Shown here in pieces: positions 37,594 to 48,166 of a DNA stretch of 64,000 nt. A program made the position numbers and the translations under genes. Every line of letters begins with the position of its first letter. Position 1 is the stretch's first letter. The stretch lies in NCBI GenBank assembly GCA_963737065.1, contig CAVTRC010000002.1, positions 480,001 through 544,000 on the forward strand. Direction: 5' to 3'. The notes under the pieces were generated by a model. That model searched no databases and was not told the origin of the DNA. It was given only the letters and a program-made list of their open reading frames with translations. The DNA comes from Candidatus Eremiobacteria bacterium (GTDB lineage Bacteria; Vulcanimicrobiota; Vulcanimicrobiia; Vulcanimicrobiales; Vulcanimicrobiaceae).

Positions 37594-37932
37594 TTATTTC
37601 GACGGCAAGAGATTGCAGTCGATCATCTTGTTGAGGAGTGGGCCCGCGACTTTGTTGACGAAGCGCTGGCGCATCGCCGGGTCTTTCTTCATCATGCCGC
37701 TCGCCGAGCTTGCGCTGCCGCCGCTTTTACGCGACTTCATGAACGACTCGAATTCCGGGCACGAGTCCGACTGGATCTCCGTGACCATTTGATTGGCGAC
37801 GTCATCGACGATTTTCGTTTTCATCTGTTCGCGAATCTGAGCTGATGCATTGCCGCAAAGCGACGCGCCCGCGGCGAGGGCTAATGCAACGGTGAGAGCG
37901 AGTGAGGGAAAGAACGAAGCGAATCGTTTCAT
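37594..37932 (-). CDS. Secreted hypothetical protein
   Basis: Signal peptide; small helical domain with two Cys. Confidence 0.65.
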   Translation of the reverse strand: MKRFASFFPSLALTVALALAAGASLCGNASAQIREQMKTKIVDDVANQMVTEIQSDSCPEFESFMKSRKSGGSASSASGMMKKDPAMRQRFVNKVAGPLLNKMIDCNLLPSK

Positions 37933-38027
37933 TACGACCTTTCATGCGGCTGTGCGCTGTGTATGGCGTCTTTGTTTTGGTTCATTCTGATCGGTGCAAG
38001 CGAGTCCGTCTACTGCCGGTCGAACGC

Positions 38028-39464
38028 CTAGCCGCCCGACGCACTGTGCGGTTCCGGTTGCCATCCGCCTCCAAGTGCTTTGTAGAGTTGGATCAAGGCC
38101 TGGCGTTCGTTGTAGCGAGCTTGAATGAGGGCGAGTTCGGCTGAATATGACTGCGTGTCGCTGACGAGCACCTCGAGGTACGATGTTACACCGCCTTCGT
38201 AGCGAAGCGAGGCGAGACGCGTTGCATCGAGCGCCGCAGCCGTTGCCGCCGTTTGCGCTACCGCGGTCTTCCGGCCCTCGTCGTAGGCGACGAGCGCGTT
38301 CGAAACATCCTCGACGTCCTGATGAATCGTCTGGATATATTGGAGCGTCGCGGCTTCTTTGCCCGCCTCGGTGAATCCGACGTTCGCGTGCGCCGCTCCC
38401 GCATTGAAAATTTGCTGCACGATCTGTGGAACGATCGAAATAAAGCCTTCGCCGTACGTCGTGACCATCGCCGGAATGCGGCTGCCGCCCGCCGTCACGG
38501 CTTGTGCAGACGCGGCTCCTGCCGACGATGCAATCGTGAACTGTGGAAAAAGGAGCGCTTTTGCCTCTCCAATCTGTGCGTTTGCCGCGATGAGTGATGC
38601 TTCGGCGGCTTTAATATCCGGACGGCGCTCGATGAGCGACGCGGGTAGGCCGGTCGCGGGGACCACCGGCATCGCGATCTGCGTCAAGAGCCGGTTGCCG
38701 CGTGGAATTGGGTGAGGGTATCCGCCGATGAGGACGGCGAGGGCGTTCTCGGTCTGTTGGATCGCTTGCTCCAGCGCAGGAATCGCGGCTTGAACTTGCG
38801 CGACCAATTCTTGTGACTGGCGCACGTCTTGCAGCGTCCCGATGCCGCCCGTAAACCGCGCCGTGACCAAATCGAGCGACGCTTTCCGAGCCGCTAGCGT
38901 TCGTCGCGACACGTCGAGTTCGCTGTCGAGTTCGAGAAGCTGAAAATACAACGTCGCGACCGACGACACGACCGTCGAAAGGACGGTTTGCCGGGCGAAC
39001 TCGGTTTGCAGAACCGTAGCGCGGGCGGCTGCCGTGGCGCTGCTGACGCGCCCGAACAAATCGACTTCATACGAGAGCGTGAGCAAGCCTGTCGGGACGA
39101 AGGTCGACCGCGCCGACGTCGCAGGAATCGTGCCGTTCGTTCGCTGATACGGCGCGCTCAGCCCCGCGTTGATCTCCGGGAACCGTCCGGCACCGGCGAT
39201 CGTGAGTTGTGCTTCCGCTTGCTCGATCCGTTGCGCTGCAATGAGGACATCTTGATTGTCTGCAACGGCCGTCCGAAGCAATTGCTGTAGCTGCGGGTCG
39301 CGAAACACTTGCCACCAGCCGAGATCTCCGAACGACTCCGCGCTTGACGGCGTCGCAGCCGTTCCCGGGTACACGGGCGGCAGCATCGCATCCGGCCGTT
39401 GATACGGCGCGGCGCACGTCGCGAGCACCTGCAGAGAAAGAAGGGCCGCGGCAAGCAGTTTCAT
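38028..39464 (-). CDS. RND efflux outer-membrane factor (NodT/OprM family)
   Basis: WWQVFRDP.L, SYEVDLFG, RRPDI.AAE, LYKALGGGW motifs. Confidence 0.92.
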   Translation of the reverse strand: MKLLAAALLSLQVLATCAAPYQRPDAMLPPVYPGTAATPSSAESFGDLGWWQVFRDPQLQQLLRTAVADNQDVLIAAQRIEQAEAQLTIAGAGRFPEINAGLSAPYQRTNGTIPATSARSTFVPTGLLTLSYEVDLFGRVSSATAAARATVLQTEFARQTVLSTVVSSVATLYFQLLELDSELDVSRRTLAARKASLDLVTARFTGGIGTLQDVRQSQELVAQVQAAIPALEQAIQQTENALAVLIGGYPHPIPRGNRLLTQIAMPVVPATGLPASLIERRPDIKAAEASLIAANAQIGEAKALLFPQFTIASSAGAASAQAVTAGGSRIPAMVTTYGEGFISIVPQIVQQIFNAGAAHANVGFTEAGKEAATLQYIQTIHQDVEDVSNALVAYDEGRKTAVAQTAATAAALDATRLASLRYEGGVTSYLEVLVSDTQSYSAELALIQARYNERQALIQLYKALGGGWQPEPHSASGG

Positions 39465-42400
39465 CGTGTCCGAGCCTTTCGGCGTTCGACGAGCGTTTCA
39501 ATGACGTCGTAGAGGACCGGAATGAAAAAGATACCGAGCGACGTGGCGAAAATCATTCCGAAGAATACCGCCGTTCCAAGCGAATGGCGCGACGCCGCGC
39601 CGGCGCCCGACGCGAGCATCAAGGGAATGACGCCGAATATGAACGCGAGCGATGTCATCAATATGGGACGTAAACGCACCTTTGCGCCTTGAAGCGCGGC
39701 CTCGAACGGCGTAAGGTTGCCGCGCTCTCGCAAGTCTTTTGCGAACTCGACGATGAGAATCGCGTTCTTCGCCGCGAGCCCGATCAGCATGATGAGACCG
39801 ATTTGCACGTACACGTCATTGGGCAAGTGCCATATACTCGCGCCGAAAAATGCGCCGAAGACGCCGATCGGGATTCCCAAGATCACGCCAAAGGGAATCG
39901 CCCAGCTTTCATAGAGGGCCGCGAGGAACAAGAATACGAGCACGATCGATAGCACAAACGTCACTGCTTGCGTGCTTCCGGCAAGTTGTTGCTCGTATGC
40001 GGTTCCGCTCCACTCGTATGCAAACCCCGGTGGCACTCTGCTCTTTGCAACGTCTTCCATCGCCGCAATTGACTGTCCCGAACTATAGCCGGCCGCAGTT
40101 TGTCCGTCGATTTCCGCGGTGCGGTAGACGTTATAGCGCTGGATGACGTTTGCACCGCTTGCTAATCGCGGATTCGAAAAGGTACTCAACGGCACCATCT
40201 TTCCTTGCATCGAGCGCACCATGAGCGTGCCGATATCAGACGGCGTCATGCGATACTGCGGTTCGGCCTGCACCATCACTTTCCAACTGTTGTTGAAGAG
40301 AATGACGTTGTTGACGATCATTCCGCCAAGTTCCGCTTGCAACGTCTGAAACACAGAATCGAGCGGAATGGCGAGCTGATGGACCTTGTCACGATCCAGC
40401 GAGAGGTCGATCTGCGGATAATCGATCGAGTACGCGGAGCTCACATTCGCGACTTCCGGACGTTGCATGGCTGCCGTCACGATGTCGTTTGCCGCCTTCG
40501 AAAGATCGGCCGGCGAGTGTCCCGAGCGGTCTTCGAGCATGAACTGAAAGCCGCCGGAGTTTCCGAGGCCCGGGATCGGTGGCGGTGGAATCGGAAGGAT
40601 ACGCGCTTCGACGTGTTTTGATGCGCGCGCGTATGCCTCCAGCAAGATAGAACGCAGCGACGTCTGTTTGCTTTTGCGCTCGTCCCACGGGTCCAGCGTT
40701 ACAGCGATCGATGCAACGTTCGATTGCGTCTGACTATTGAGAACGTTGAAACCGCCGAGCGTGACGACGTTTGCAATACCCGGGATCGAACGAATGTCGC
40801 CCACGATGCTTTGCGCGACCGATTGCGTCCGCGGTAACGCGGAGCCGGCCGGAAGCGAGACCGAGAGAAAAAAATAGCCCTGATCTTCGAGTGGAACGAA
40901 GCTTCCCGGGAGCTTTAGGAAAAGGCCTGCTGCCCCGGCGGCGATCAACAGCAGCGCTAACAACATGACGGCGGACTTGCGCATCACCGCGGCGAGCGCA
41001 CTCGAATACCGATCGCGAAAGCGATCGAAACCGGCGTTGAAGCGGTCGAAAAACCGTCCCAACGGGTTTACCGCGTGCGTACGCGGTCGAAGCAGCAGCG
41101 CACAGAGCGCCGGAGTCAACGTAAGCGCCACGATCGCGGACAGGATAACCGAAAACGAAATCGTGAGCGCAAACTGCTGGTAGAGTTGCCCGGTGATGCC
41201 TGCAAGAAAGGCGGCCGGTACGAAAACGGCCGTCAACACGAGCGCGACCGCGATGACGGGTCCCTGCACGTCTTCCATCGCCGCGATCGCCGCGTCCTTC
41301 GGCGCAAGTCCGCCTTCAATGTGCGACTCGGTTGCTTCAACGACGACGATTGCATCGTCGACCACGATGCCGATCGCAAGAACAATACCGAAGAGCGAGA
41401 GCGTATTGACGGAAAAACCGAGGGGCACGAAGGCCGCGAACGTCCCGATCAGCGCGACGGGAACGGCAAGCAACGGAATGATCGTGGCGCGAACGCTTCC
41501 AAGGAAAATGAAGACGACGAGGGAGACGAGGAGGAAAGCTAAGAGCAGCGTCACGAGCACGTCGTGGATCGAGGCATGCACGAACGCCGTCGTATCGAGC
41601 GTTACGTTGTACGTGAGCCCGGGCGGAAACGCCTTCGCAAGCTGGTCCAACGTTGAGCGGACCGCATTTGCCGTTTGAATCGCATTCGCGGTCGGTGTTT
41701 GATAGATCAGGATGTTGACGGCGGGCCTGCCGTTAAAATCGCTAAAGAGCGAATACGACTGCGCCGCGAGTTCAGCTCGGCCGACCTGTCCGAGGCGGAT
41801 GAACGAACCGTTCGAAAGCGACTTGAGGACGACGTTATCGAACTCGGCACTCGAGCCGAGCAGGCCTTTCACGTTTACCGGCATCTGGAACTGCGGCTGC
41901 GAGCCGGAAGGCGGTAAGCCGAGTTGTCCTGCGGGTGCGAGCGCGTTTTGGTTCGTCAACGCGTTGACGACGTCGCTCGTGTCGAGATCGAGGCCCGCGA
42001 GCGCATCGGGACGGATCCAGATTCGCATCGAATAGTTTCCTGCGCCCATGAGGGTCGTGTTGCCGACGCCGTTCACGCGGTTGAGCGCATTGAGTACGTT
42101 GATCGTCGCATAATTACTGAGGAACAGCGAATCGTACAGATTATCGGGCGAGTAGAGCGTGACGATCAATAAGATCGCGGGCGACTGAGGTTTCACCGTG
42201 ATCCCGTAGGAGTTTACGGCCGAGGGCAGTGTACTCTGCGCTGCTTGGACGCGGTTTTGCACGAGATTCGCGTCGTCGTTGATGTTCGATCCGACGTTGA
42301 ACGTGGCCGTGAGATTGTACGCGCCGTTTGAGGTGCTGTAGGAATTGAGGTACATGAGGTTTGGGACGCCGTTGACCTTCGTTTCAATATTCGTTGCAAC

Positions 42401-42580
42401 GGCTTGCTCGACGATTGAAGCGTTGGCCCCGGGATAAGCCGTGCTCACCTGCACGGTGGGAGGCGTTATCTGCGGGAACTGTGCGACGGGCAGTACGACG
42501 ATCGCGATTGCGCCGGCAAGCGCGATGACGAGTGAGAGCACCATCGCGAAGACCGGGCGCTCGATGAAAAACCGCGACAT
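39461..42580 (-). CDS. RND efflux permease (HAE1/AcrB family)
   Basis: FFIERPVFA, GIVVDDAIVVVE, KNAILIVEFA, RLRPILMTS motifs. Confidence 0.96.
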   Translation of the reverse strand: MSRFFIERPVFAMVLSLVIALAGAIAIVVLPVAQFPQITPPTVQVSTAYPGANASIVEQAVATNIETKVNGVPNLMYLNSYSTSNGAYNLTATFNVGSNINDDANLVQNRVQAAQSTLPSAVNSYGITVKPQSPAILLIVTLYSPDNLYDSLFLSNYATINVLNALNRVNGVGNTTLMGAGNYSMRIWIRPDALAGLDLDTSDVVNALTNQNALAPAGQLGLPPSGSQPQFQMPVNVKGLLGSSAEFDNVVLKSLSNGSFIRLGQVGRAELAAQSYSLFSDFNGRPAVNILIYQTPTANAIQTANAVRSTLDQLAKAFPPGLTYNVTLDTTAFVHASIHDVLVTLLLAFLLVSLVVFIFLGSVRATIIPLLAVPVALIGTFAAFVPLGFSVNTLSLFGIVLAIGIVVDDAIVVVEATESHIEGGLAPKDAAIAAMEDVQGPVIAVALVLTAVFVPAAFLAGITGQLYQQFALTISFSVILSAIVALTLTPALCALLLRPRTHAVNPLGRFFDRFNAGFDRFRDRYSSALAAVMRKSAVMLLALLLIAAGAAGLFLKLPGSFVPLEDQGYFFLSVSLPAGSALPRTQSVAQSIVGDIRSIPGIANVVTLGGFNVLNSQTQSNVASIAVTLDPWDERKSKQTSLRSILLEAYARASKHVEARILPIPPPPIPGLGNSGGFQFMLEDRSGHSPADLSKAANDIVTAAMQRPEVANVSSAYSIDYPQIDLSLDRDKVHQLAIPLDSVFQTLQAELGGMIVNNVILFNNSWKVMVQAEPQYRMTPSDIGTLMVRSMQGKMVPLSTFSNPRLASGANVIQRYNVYRTAEIDGQTAAGYSSGQSIAAMEDVAKSRVPPGFAYEWSGTAYEQQLAGSTQAVTFVLSIVLVFLFLAALYESWAIPFGVILGIPIGVFGAFFGASIWHLPNDVYVQIGLIMLIGLAAKNAILIVEFAKDLRERGNLTPFEAALQGAKVRLRPILMTSLAFIFGVIPLMLASGAGAASRHSLGTAVFFGMIFATSLGIFFIPVLYDVIETLVERRKARTR

Positions 42581-42584
42581 CGGG

Positions 42585-43853
42585 TCAGGGAGTCCCGCCG
42601 GATTGAACGGTGACGATGCTGCCCGGCGCGATACGCGCGCTCGGCGAGAGGATCACTTCATCGCCGGCGTTCACGCCCGACTGCACGACGATATCGGGAC
42701 CGTACGACGTGCCGGTTCGAATCGTTCGCAGTTGCACTTTCCTTCCCGGACCAACGACGTACACGATCGGTGTGCCTTGGTACGAAGTGATCGCACTCTG
42801 CGGAGCGATCAGCGCACCACGCTGCTGCGAAATCACGAATCGCACACGGGCGAACTGGCCGGGGCGCAAAAAGGCGTCGGGATTCGGGAAGATCGATTCC
42901 ACCGAGATCGTTCCGGTCGTTGGGTCTACCGCGCGGTTGATATTCGTCGCGCGCCCCCCATACGGGTACAGTGAACCGTCCGACAAATAGAGCTGCAAGG
43001 GCGGTCCCTGTCTGCCTCGCATCGCTAGCAGACGCTTCGCGACCTTGAGATAGTCCGATTCGCTCAGTTGAAAAATCGCTTTGATCGGATCGATCGTCGA
43101 TACGGTCGCGAGCGTCGAGCCTTTTGCCGGGCCGACGAGATTGCCCTCATCGACCTGCGCGAAGCTGATGATCCCCGTGACGGGTGATGAAATCGTCGTA
43201 TACGAGAGATTCAGACGCGCGTTCACCAGTTGCGCTTGGGCTTCGGCGACATTGCCTTGCGCGGTCAGAACACTCGACTGCTGGGTTAATTCGACGTCTT
43301 GCACGTTTGCGCGCGCGGCGGCCACGTCGGCCACGGCGATGTCGTACTGCGTTTTCGTCTGATCGTAATCTTTTTGTGAAACAGCGTGTTTGGCCGCAAG
43401 CGGTCCCATGCGCGCAAGCTCGACTTTTTGATACTGGTACGCGGCGAGGGCTTGCGCGAGCTTTGCTTTCGCCGCTTGATCGGACACGTTGCTTTGCGCG
43501 TGCATCAAGTCGGCACGCGCCTTTTGGAGCGCGCCTTGCGCGGCTTCCACGTCGGCTTGGTATGGTTCTTGCTGGATTTGCATGAGCGGCTGCCCTCGGT
43601 GCACGAGCGAGCCGTTCTTGAAATAGATGCGATCCAGTGTGCCTTGCACGCGCGCGGTGAGATCCACTTGCTGCAATGCCTGCGTTTGCGCAACGTATTC
43701 CGCAGTGACCGGGACCGTCGTGGCGCGTACGCGGACAACACGCACCGTTTGAGGCGGCGGTTGCGCTTTGACCTGCGGCGCACTGCATGCTCCGAGCGGC
43801 AAACACAGGAGCATAGCAAGATGCCCGAACCGATGAACGATCGCCGAAGCCAA
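42585..43853 (-). CDS. RND efflux periplasmic adaptor (MFP)
   Basis: Lipobox-like LGAC, ARVQG, LSYTTISSP..G, TGT, LRPGQF motifs. Confidence 0.92.
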   Translation of the reverse strand: MASAIVHRFGHLAMLLCLPLGACSAPQVKAQPPPQTVRVVRVRATTVPVTAEYVAQTQALQQVDLTARVQGTLDRIYFKNGSLVHRGQPLMQIQQEPYQADVEAAQGALQKARADLMHAQSNVSDQAAKAKLAQALAAYQYQKVELARMGPLAAKHAVSQKDYDQTKTQYDIAVADVAAARANVQDVELTQQSSVLTAQGNVAEAQAQLVNARLNLSYTTISSPVTGIISFAQVDEGNLVGPAKGSTLATVSTIDPIKAIFQLSESDYLKVAKRLLAMRGRQGPPLQLYLSDGSLYPYGGRATNINRAVDPTTGTISVESIFPNPDAFLRPGQFARVRFVISQQRGALIAPQSAITSYQGTPIVYVVGPGRKVQLRTIRTGTSYGPDIVVQSGVNAGDEVILSPSARIAPGSIVTVQSGGTP

Positions 43854-43928
43854 TATCCCTCCGACGTTTGGACGTCCGACGTGTGGTCCGACCGTCCGGG
43901 AGAACTTACCGTTCAGCTTCGTCGGTCC

Positions 43929-44927
43929 CTACGGGGCCGGTGCGTCGGGCACCAACACGATCTTGCCGACGCGATCCGGCGACTCGAGCCGCTCGTGCGC
44001 TCGGGCGGCCTGCGAGAACGTGAAGAGCGAATCGACAACCGGAGCAATCGGATGTCGCGCCGGCAGCAGCGGCCAAATTTTGGCCCGCAAGCCGCGCGCG
44101 ATCTCGGCCTTTTCATCTCCAGTGCGTGGACGCAAGCTCGAGCCGAAGATCGTGGCGCGTCGTTGCAAGAGATATCGCAAGTCAACGGTTGCGACGGCAC
44201 CGCCGCCCGTCGCGAGGCACGCGATCCGGCCTTCGAGCGCAAGTGCTCGCAAATCGCGACCGATGTACTCGCCGCCCACAATGTCGAGTGCGACATCGAC
44301 GCCGCGACCATGCGTGATTTCGCGCACGCGTTCGACGAAATCGCTCGTGCGGTAATTGATCGCAGCCGATGCGCCGAGCGCAATGGCGGCGCTGCACTTT
44401 TCATCCGAACCGGCGGTCGCGATGGCACTTGCGCCGGCCGCTTGAGCCATCTGTATCGCCATCGTTCCGATCCCGCTCGTACCCCCGTGCACGAGCACGA
44501 CTTCTCCGGCGGCTAACCGCGCGCGCACGATGAGGTTGTCGAATACGGTGAAGGCGTTCTCGGGAAGCGTTGCGCCTTCGACGAACGACCATTGCGGCGG
44601 CAGTGGCAGAACCTGTCCGGCCGGGACCGCAACGAACTCGGCGTAGCCGCCGCCGTTGCACAGCGCCACGACGGGCTCGCCGACGCGGAAATCGAGGACG
44701 TCGTCGCCGGCTGCGGCGATAATGCCGGATACTTCGAGTCCAAGGTTCGGTGATGCGCCCGGCGGAGGAGGGTAGGCGCCGGAGCGCTGCAGTGCATCGG
44801 GACGAGCGACGCCCGCCGCTTCAACTTCGATCAACACTTCGCCCGGTGCAGGATGCGGCTGCGCTGCCTCGGCGACGTACAAAACGTCAGCAGCGCCGTG
44901 CTCGCGCATCGCTACATATCGCATCAC
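43929..44927 (-). CDS. NAD(P)H-quinone oxidoreductase (MDR family)
   Basis: G.YPPPPGAS..LGLEVSG, HGGTSGIG, GKIVL motifs. Confidence 0.9.
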   Translation of the reverse strand: MMRYVAMREHGAADVLYVAEAAQPHPAPGEVLIEVEAAGVARPDALQRSGAYPPPPGASPNLGLEVSGIIAAAGDDVLDFRVGEPVVALCNGGGYAEFVAVPAGQVLPLPPQWSFVEGATLPENAFTVFDNLIVRARLAAGEVVLVHGGTSGIGTMAIQMAQAAGASAIATAGSDEKCSAAIALGASAAINYRTSDFVERVREITHGRGVDVALDIVGGEYIGRDLRALALEGRIACLATGGGAVATVDLRYLLQRRATIFGSSLRPRTGDEKAEIARGLRAKIWPLLPARHPIAPVVDSLFTFSQAARAHERLESPDRVGKIVLVPDAPAP

Positions 44928-45997
44928 CCGTGCGTTCTCGCCGAAGGTTCGAGAAACATCGCGTCGCCGAATGAGAAGAAACGATATGAATGCGAGACGG
45001 CTTCGCGATACGCGTGCAAAATGCGTTCGCGACCCGCGAACGCGCTCACTAAAACCAGTAGCGTCGAGCGCGGCAGATGAAAGTTTGTAATCATCGCATC
45101 GACGACGGCAAAAACAAAACCGGGACGAATGAAGATTGTCGTCGACCCTTCTCCCGCCGTGACTGCGCCGCGGGATTGCGCGTTGCCTTCCAGTGCGCGA
45201 ACGACCGTCGTTCCCGCCGCAACGATACGCCGCCCGTCACGCTTTGCGCGAACGATCGTTTCGGCCGTCGCGGGCGGAATTTCGTACGTCTCGGCATGCA
45301 TCGTGTGCTCGGCGAGGCGCGGGGTTTTCATCGGCCGGAACGTGCCTATTCCGACGTCGAGCGTCAGGCGCACGATCTCGATGCCGTGCTTGCCGATCGC
45401 GTCGAGCAGTTCGGGCGTGAAGTGAAGCGATGCGGTCGGTGCTGCAACGCTGCCGGGTTGCCGAGCGAACACCGTTTGATACCGTGCCTGGGCTTCTTCC
45501 GAATCGTTGTGAATGTACGGCGGCAGCGGCAGACGGCCCGCGCGTTCTAAAAACGTTTCGAACGGCATGGCAAGCTCGAACTGCAGCATGCGAACGCCTT
45601 CGCCGAGTTCCGACGTGACGCGTGCGATACCGAGATCGGCGAACGCGATCGTTGCGCCTGGACGCAGCCGCTTCGCGGGACGCACGAGCGCGGACCAGAC
45701 GTTTGCATGCGGATCGTAGCGAGCGCCGTCAGCCGGGTGCAGTAAAAGAACTTCGACCGAGCCGCCCGTCTGCGCTCGCGTTCCGAAGAGCCGTGCCGCG
45801 ATTACGCGCGTCTCGTTGAGAACCAGCACGTCGCCCGCGCGCAGCACGGACGGAAGATCGCGAAAAATCTTGTGTTCGATACCGCAGGGACGCACGACCA
45901 TCAAACGGCTTGCATCCCGCACGGACGCAGGATGCTGCGCGATCAACTCATCCGGCAGATCGAACGAATACGCCGAGGCGAGATCCTCGGGGTTCAT
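44924..45997 (-). CDS. queA: S-adenosylmethionine:tRNA ribosyltransferase-isomerase
   Basis: LPDELIAQ, PLPPYI, YQTVFA..GSVAAPTA.LHF, TNFHLPRSTL, YRFFSFGDAM. Confidence 0.97.
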   Translation of the reverse strand: MNPEDLASAYSFDLPDELIAQHPASVRDASRLMVVRPCGIEHKIFRDLPSVLRAGDVLVLNETRVIAARLFGTRAQTGGSVEVLLLHPADGARYDPHANVWSALVRPAKRLRPGATIAFADLGIARVTSELGEGVRMLQFELAMPFETFLERAGRLPLPPYIHNDSEEAQARYQTVFARQPGSVAAPTASLHFTPELLDAIGKHGIEIVRLTLDVGIGTFRPMKTPRLAEHTMHAETYEIPPATAETIVRAKRDGRRIVAAGTTVVRALEGNAQSRGAVTAGEGSTTIFIRPGFVFAVVDAMITNFHLPRSTLLVLVSAFAGRERILHAYREAVSHSYRFFSFGDAMFLEPSARTHG

Positions 45998-46091
45998 TCG
46001 CGTCTCCCTAGCTCGTTAAAACGCGGAACACGCGTATTCAGCGGACCTCTCCACGCAAGGTGAGAAGTCCGCGAGCGGCTTCGGCTGAGCG

Positions 46092-47102
46092 TCAGTCATG
46101 TGCGATCGTCGTTCCCGGAAGATAGAAACTCAAGATGTCGCTTGAGGAAGCGCCGTCGAGCGCCATTCCGCGTGCACCCCATTGGCAGAGCCCTACCCCA
46201 TGTCCGAGTCCGCCGCCTTCAATCCTGACCCGCTCGGGCGCATCGGGCGGCGTACCGACGTTCGTGATCAGCAAGCTTGGGATGGCGCGAGGCCCTATGC
46301 GCGCGCGGAAGATTGAACCTTTGATCGATGCGACGCCGCGTTCGCACGTAAGTTGCATGGTTCGAATGCGACCGCTTCCATCGAGCGCTTCGGATCGAAG
46401 CCCGGTGAGCGCGCCGAAGGGAGCGATGTCGGCGGCAAATGCTGCACCGATCTGCGCCAACGTGATGTCACGCTTCCATCGATAGTTCGGCGAGTCGCTG
46501 CAGTGCGTGCACACGACGCCCACGAGATACGGGAAAAACGTACCGCCCCAGGCATCGGTTGACGCTTCGGTGTGCCCTCCGCAACACGACGAATACATAA
46601 TCTCCGCGAAGCCGGCCTGGAAACGTAAAACTTGCGCCGCCGTCGCGTCGACGGCAGCGCGCGCGGCGGGCGTCTCACTCGCGATTCCGCCGTAGACTTG
46701 ATCCGCTTCCGACGGAACGAGATCGTACGTCCTGCGCGGCGAGCTTCGCTGCAGCACGTACGTTCGCGCGCACACGGCTTGCGCTTGCAGCGCCCCGGCG
46801 GGCCACGAGGAAGGCATCTCTCGTGGAACGACGCTGTACAAATACTGCTCCAGCGCAACGGTCGTGACGATGCTGCCGTCGGGCTCTTGCAGAAACGTTC
46901 CGCGATACGGACGCCCTTGGAAGAGAAACCCTCCGACCGGCAGCGCTTGCGCGTCGCCGCGCCCGAGCAGCACACGCAACGCTTGCGTCGTCGACGACGA
47001 TGCCGGGTCGAACTCGCGATCGTCTTGTGCGCGTGCGAATGCCGGGATTACCGTTGCCGCGGCCAATGCGGCGAGGAACTCACGACGCCGCGTCGACCGC
47101 AC
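46092..47102 (-). CDS. SpoIID/LytB lytic transglycosylase with Tat-like signal
   Basis: TRRREFL signal; LEQYLYSVVPREMP, ALQAQAV.ARTY, QVYGG, GHGVGLCQWGA. Confidence 0.9.
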   Translation of the reverse strand: MRSTRRREFLAALAAATVIPAFARAQDDREFDPASSSTTQALRVLLGRGDAQALPVGGFLFQGRPYRGTFLQEPDGSIVTTVALEQYLYSVVPREMPSSWPAGALQAQAVCARTYVLQRSSPRRTYDLVPSEADQVYGGIASETPAARAAVDATAAQVLRFQAGFAEIMYSSCCGGHTEASTDAWGGTFFPYLVGVVCTHCSDSPNYRWKRDITLAQIGAAFAADIAPFGALTGLRSEALDGSGRIRTMQLTCERGVASIKGSIFRARIGPRAIPSLLITNVGTPPDAPERVRIEGGGLGHGVGLCQWGARGMALDGASSSDILSFYLPGTTIAHD

Positions 47103-48166
47103 TACAACAACCGGTCCTGTTGCGGACGGTTCGCGATGATGCCGAGGTGGCGGTACGCCGCCGCCGTCGCTTTACGTCCGCTCGCCGTGCGCACGACGAA
47201 TCCCGCTTTGAGCAGATACGGTTCGACGACGTCTTCGAGCGTTTCGGCATCTTCGGTGAGCGTCGCGGCGATTGCCGAGATTCCGACCGGACCGCCGCCG
47301 TACTGTTCGACGACCGTCCGCAGAAACGCGCGATCCAGACGGTCGAGGCCACGCGCGTCGACGCCTTCGCGCTGCAGCGCTTCGTCCGCAACGCCTGGAG
47401 TGATCGTCCCACCGGCGCGTACTTCGGCGTAATCGCGCACGCGACGCAGGAGGCGATTCGCAACCCGCGGCGTGCCGCGGCTGCGCGAGGCAATCATTGC
47501 GGCGCCATCGCGTTCGATCGGAACGTCGAGAACCGAAGCGGATCGCGTAACGATGCGTTGCAATTCATCGTCGGAATAGTAATCGAGATGATGCACGATG
47601 CCGAAACGTTCGCGCAGCGGCGCGGTGAGCATTCCCGCGCGCGTCGTGGCGCCGATCAACGTGAACTGCTTCAGCGGAAGTTTGATCGTCTTTGCGTATG
47701 CGCCGCGATCGACGACGAAATCGATCTGAAAGTCTTCCATCGCAGGATACAAGAACTCTTCGACGACGCGCCCCAAGCGGTGGATTTCGTCAATGAACAA
47801 CACATCGCCGGCTTCGAGCGACGTCAGGATTCCGACTAAGTCTTTCGGTTTCTCGAGTGTCGGACCGCTAGTCGGTCGGAAGTTCGCCTGCATCTCTCGC
47901 GCGATCAACGCCGCGAGCGTCGTCTTTCCGAGACCCGGCGGCCCGTAGAACAGAACATGTTCGAGCGCCTCGCTGCGGCGTTCGGCCGCGTCGATCGCGA
48001 TCCGTAAATTTTCGACGACGCGTTCTTGCCCGACGTAGTCGGTGAAGCTTCGCGGGCGGAGGCTCGCACCGTACACTTCATCTTCGAGCGAGTCGTCGGG
48101 TGACACCAGGCGATCCGGTTGATCTTCGCCGCCGATGAGCTTTTTGCGGGCCGATTTCTCGCTCAT
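47102..48166 (-). CDS. ruvB: Holliday junction helicase RuvB
   Basis: LRP....YVGQ, GPPGLGKTTLA, FIDEIHR, GATTR, RGTPR motifs. Confidence 0.97.
   Translation of the reverse strand: MSEKSARKKLIGGEDQPDRLVSPDDSLEDEVYGASLRPRSFTDYVGQERVVENLRIAIDAAERRSEALEHVLFYGPPGLGKTTLAALIAREMQANFRPTSGPTLEKPKDLVGILTSLEAGDVLFIDEIHRLGRVVEEFLYPAMEDFQIDFVVDRGAYAKTIKLPLKQFTLIGATTRAGMLTAPLRERFGIVHHLDYYSDDELQRIVTRSASVLDVPIERDGAAMIASRSRGTPRVANRLLRRVRDYAEVRAGGTITPGVADEALQREGVDARGLDRLDRAFLRTVVEQYGGGPVGISAIAATLTEDAETLEDVVEPYLLKAGFVVRTASGRKATAAAYRHLGIIANRPQQDRLL

Noticed and set aside
45998..46091. preQ1 riboswitch upstream of queA
   Set aside because: Two hairpins are present but lack the preQ1 loop and A-rich tail; more likely terminator or processing stems.
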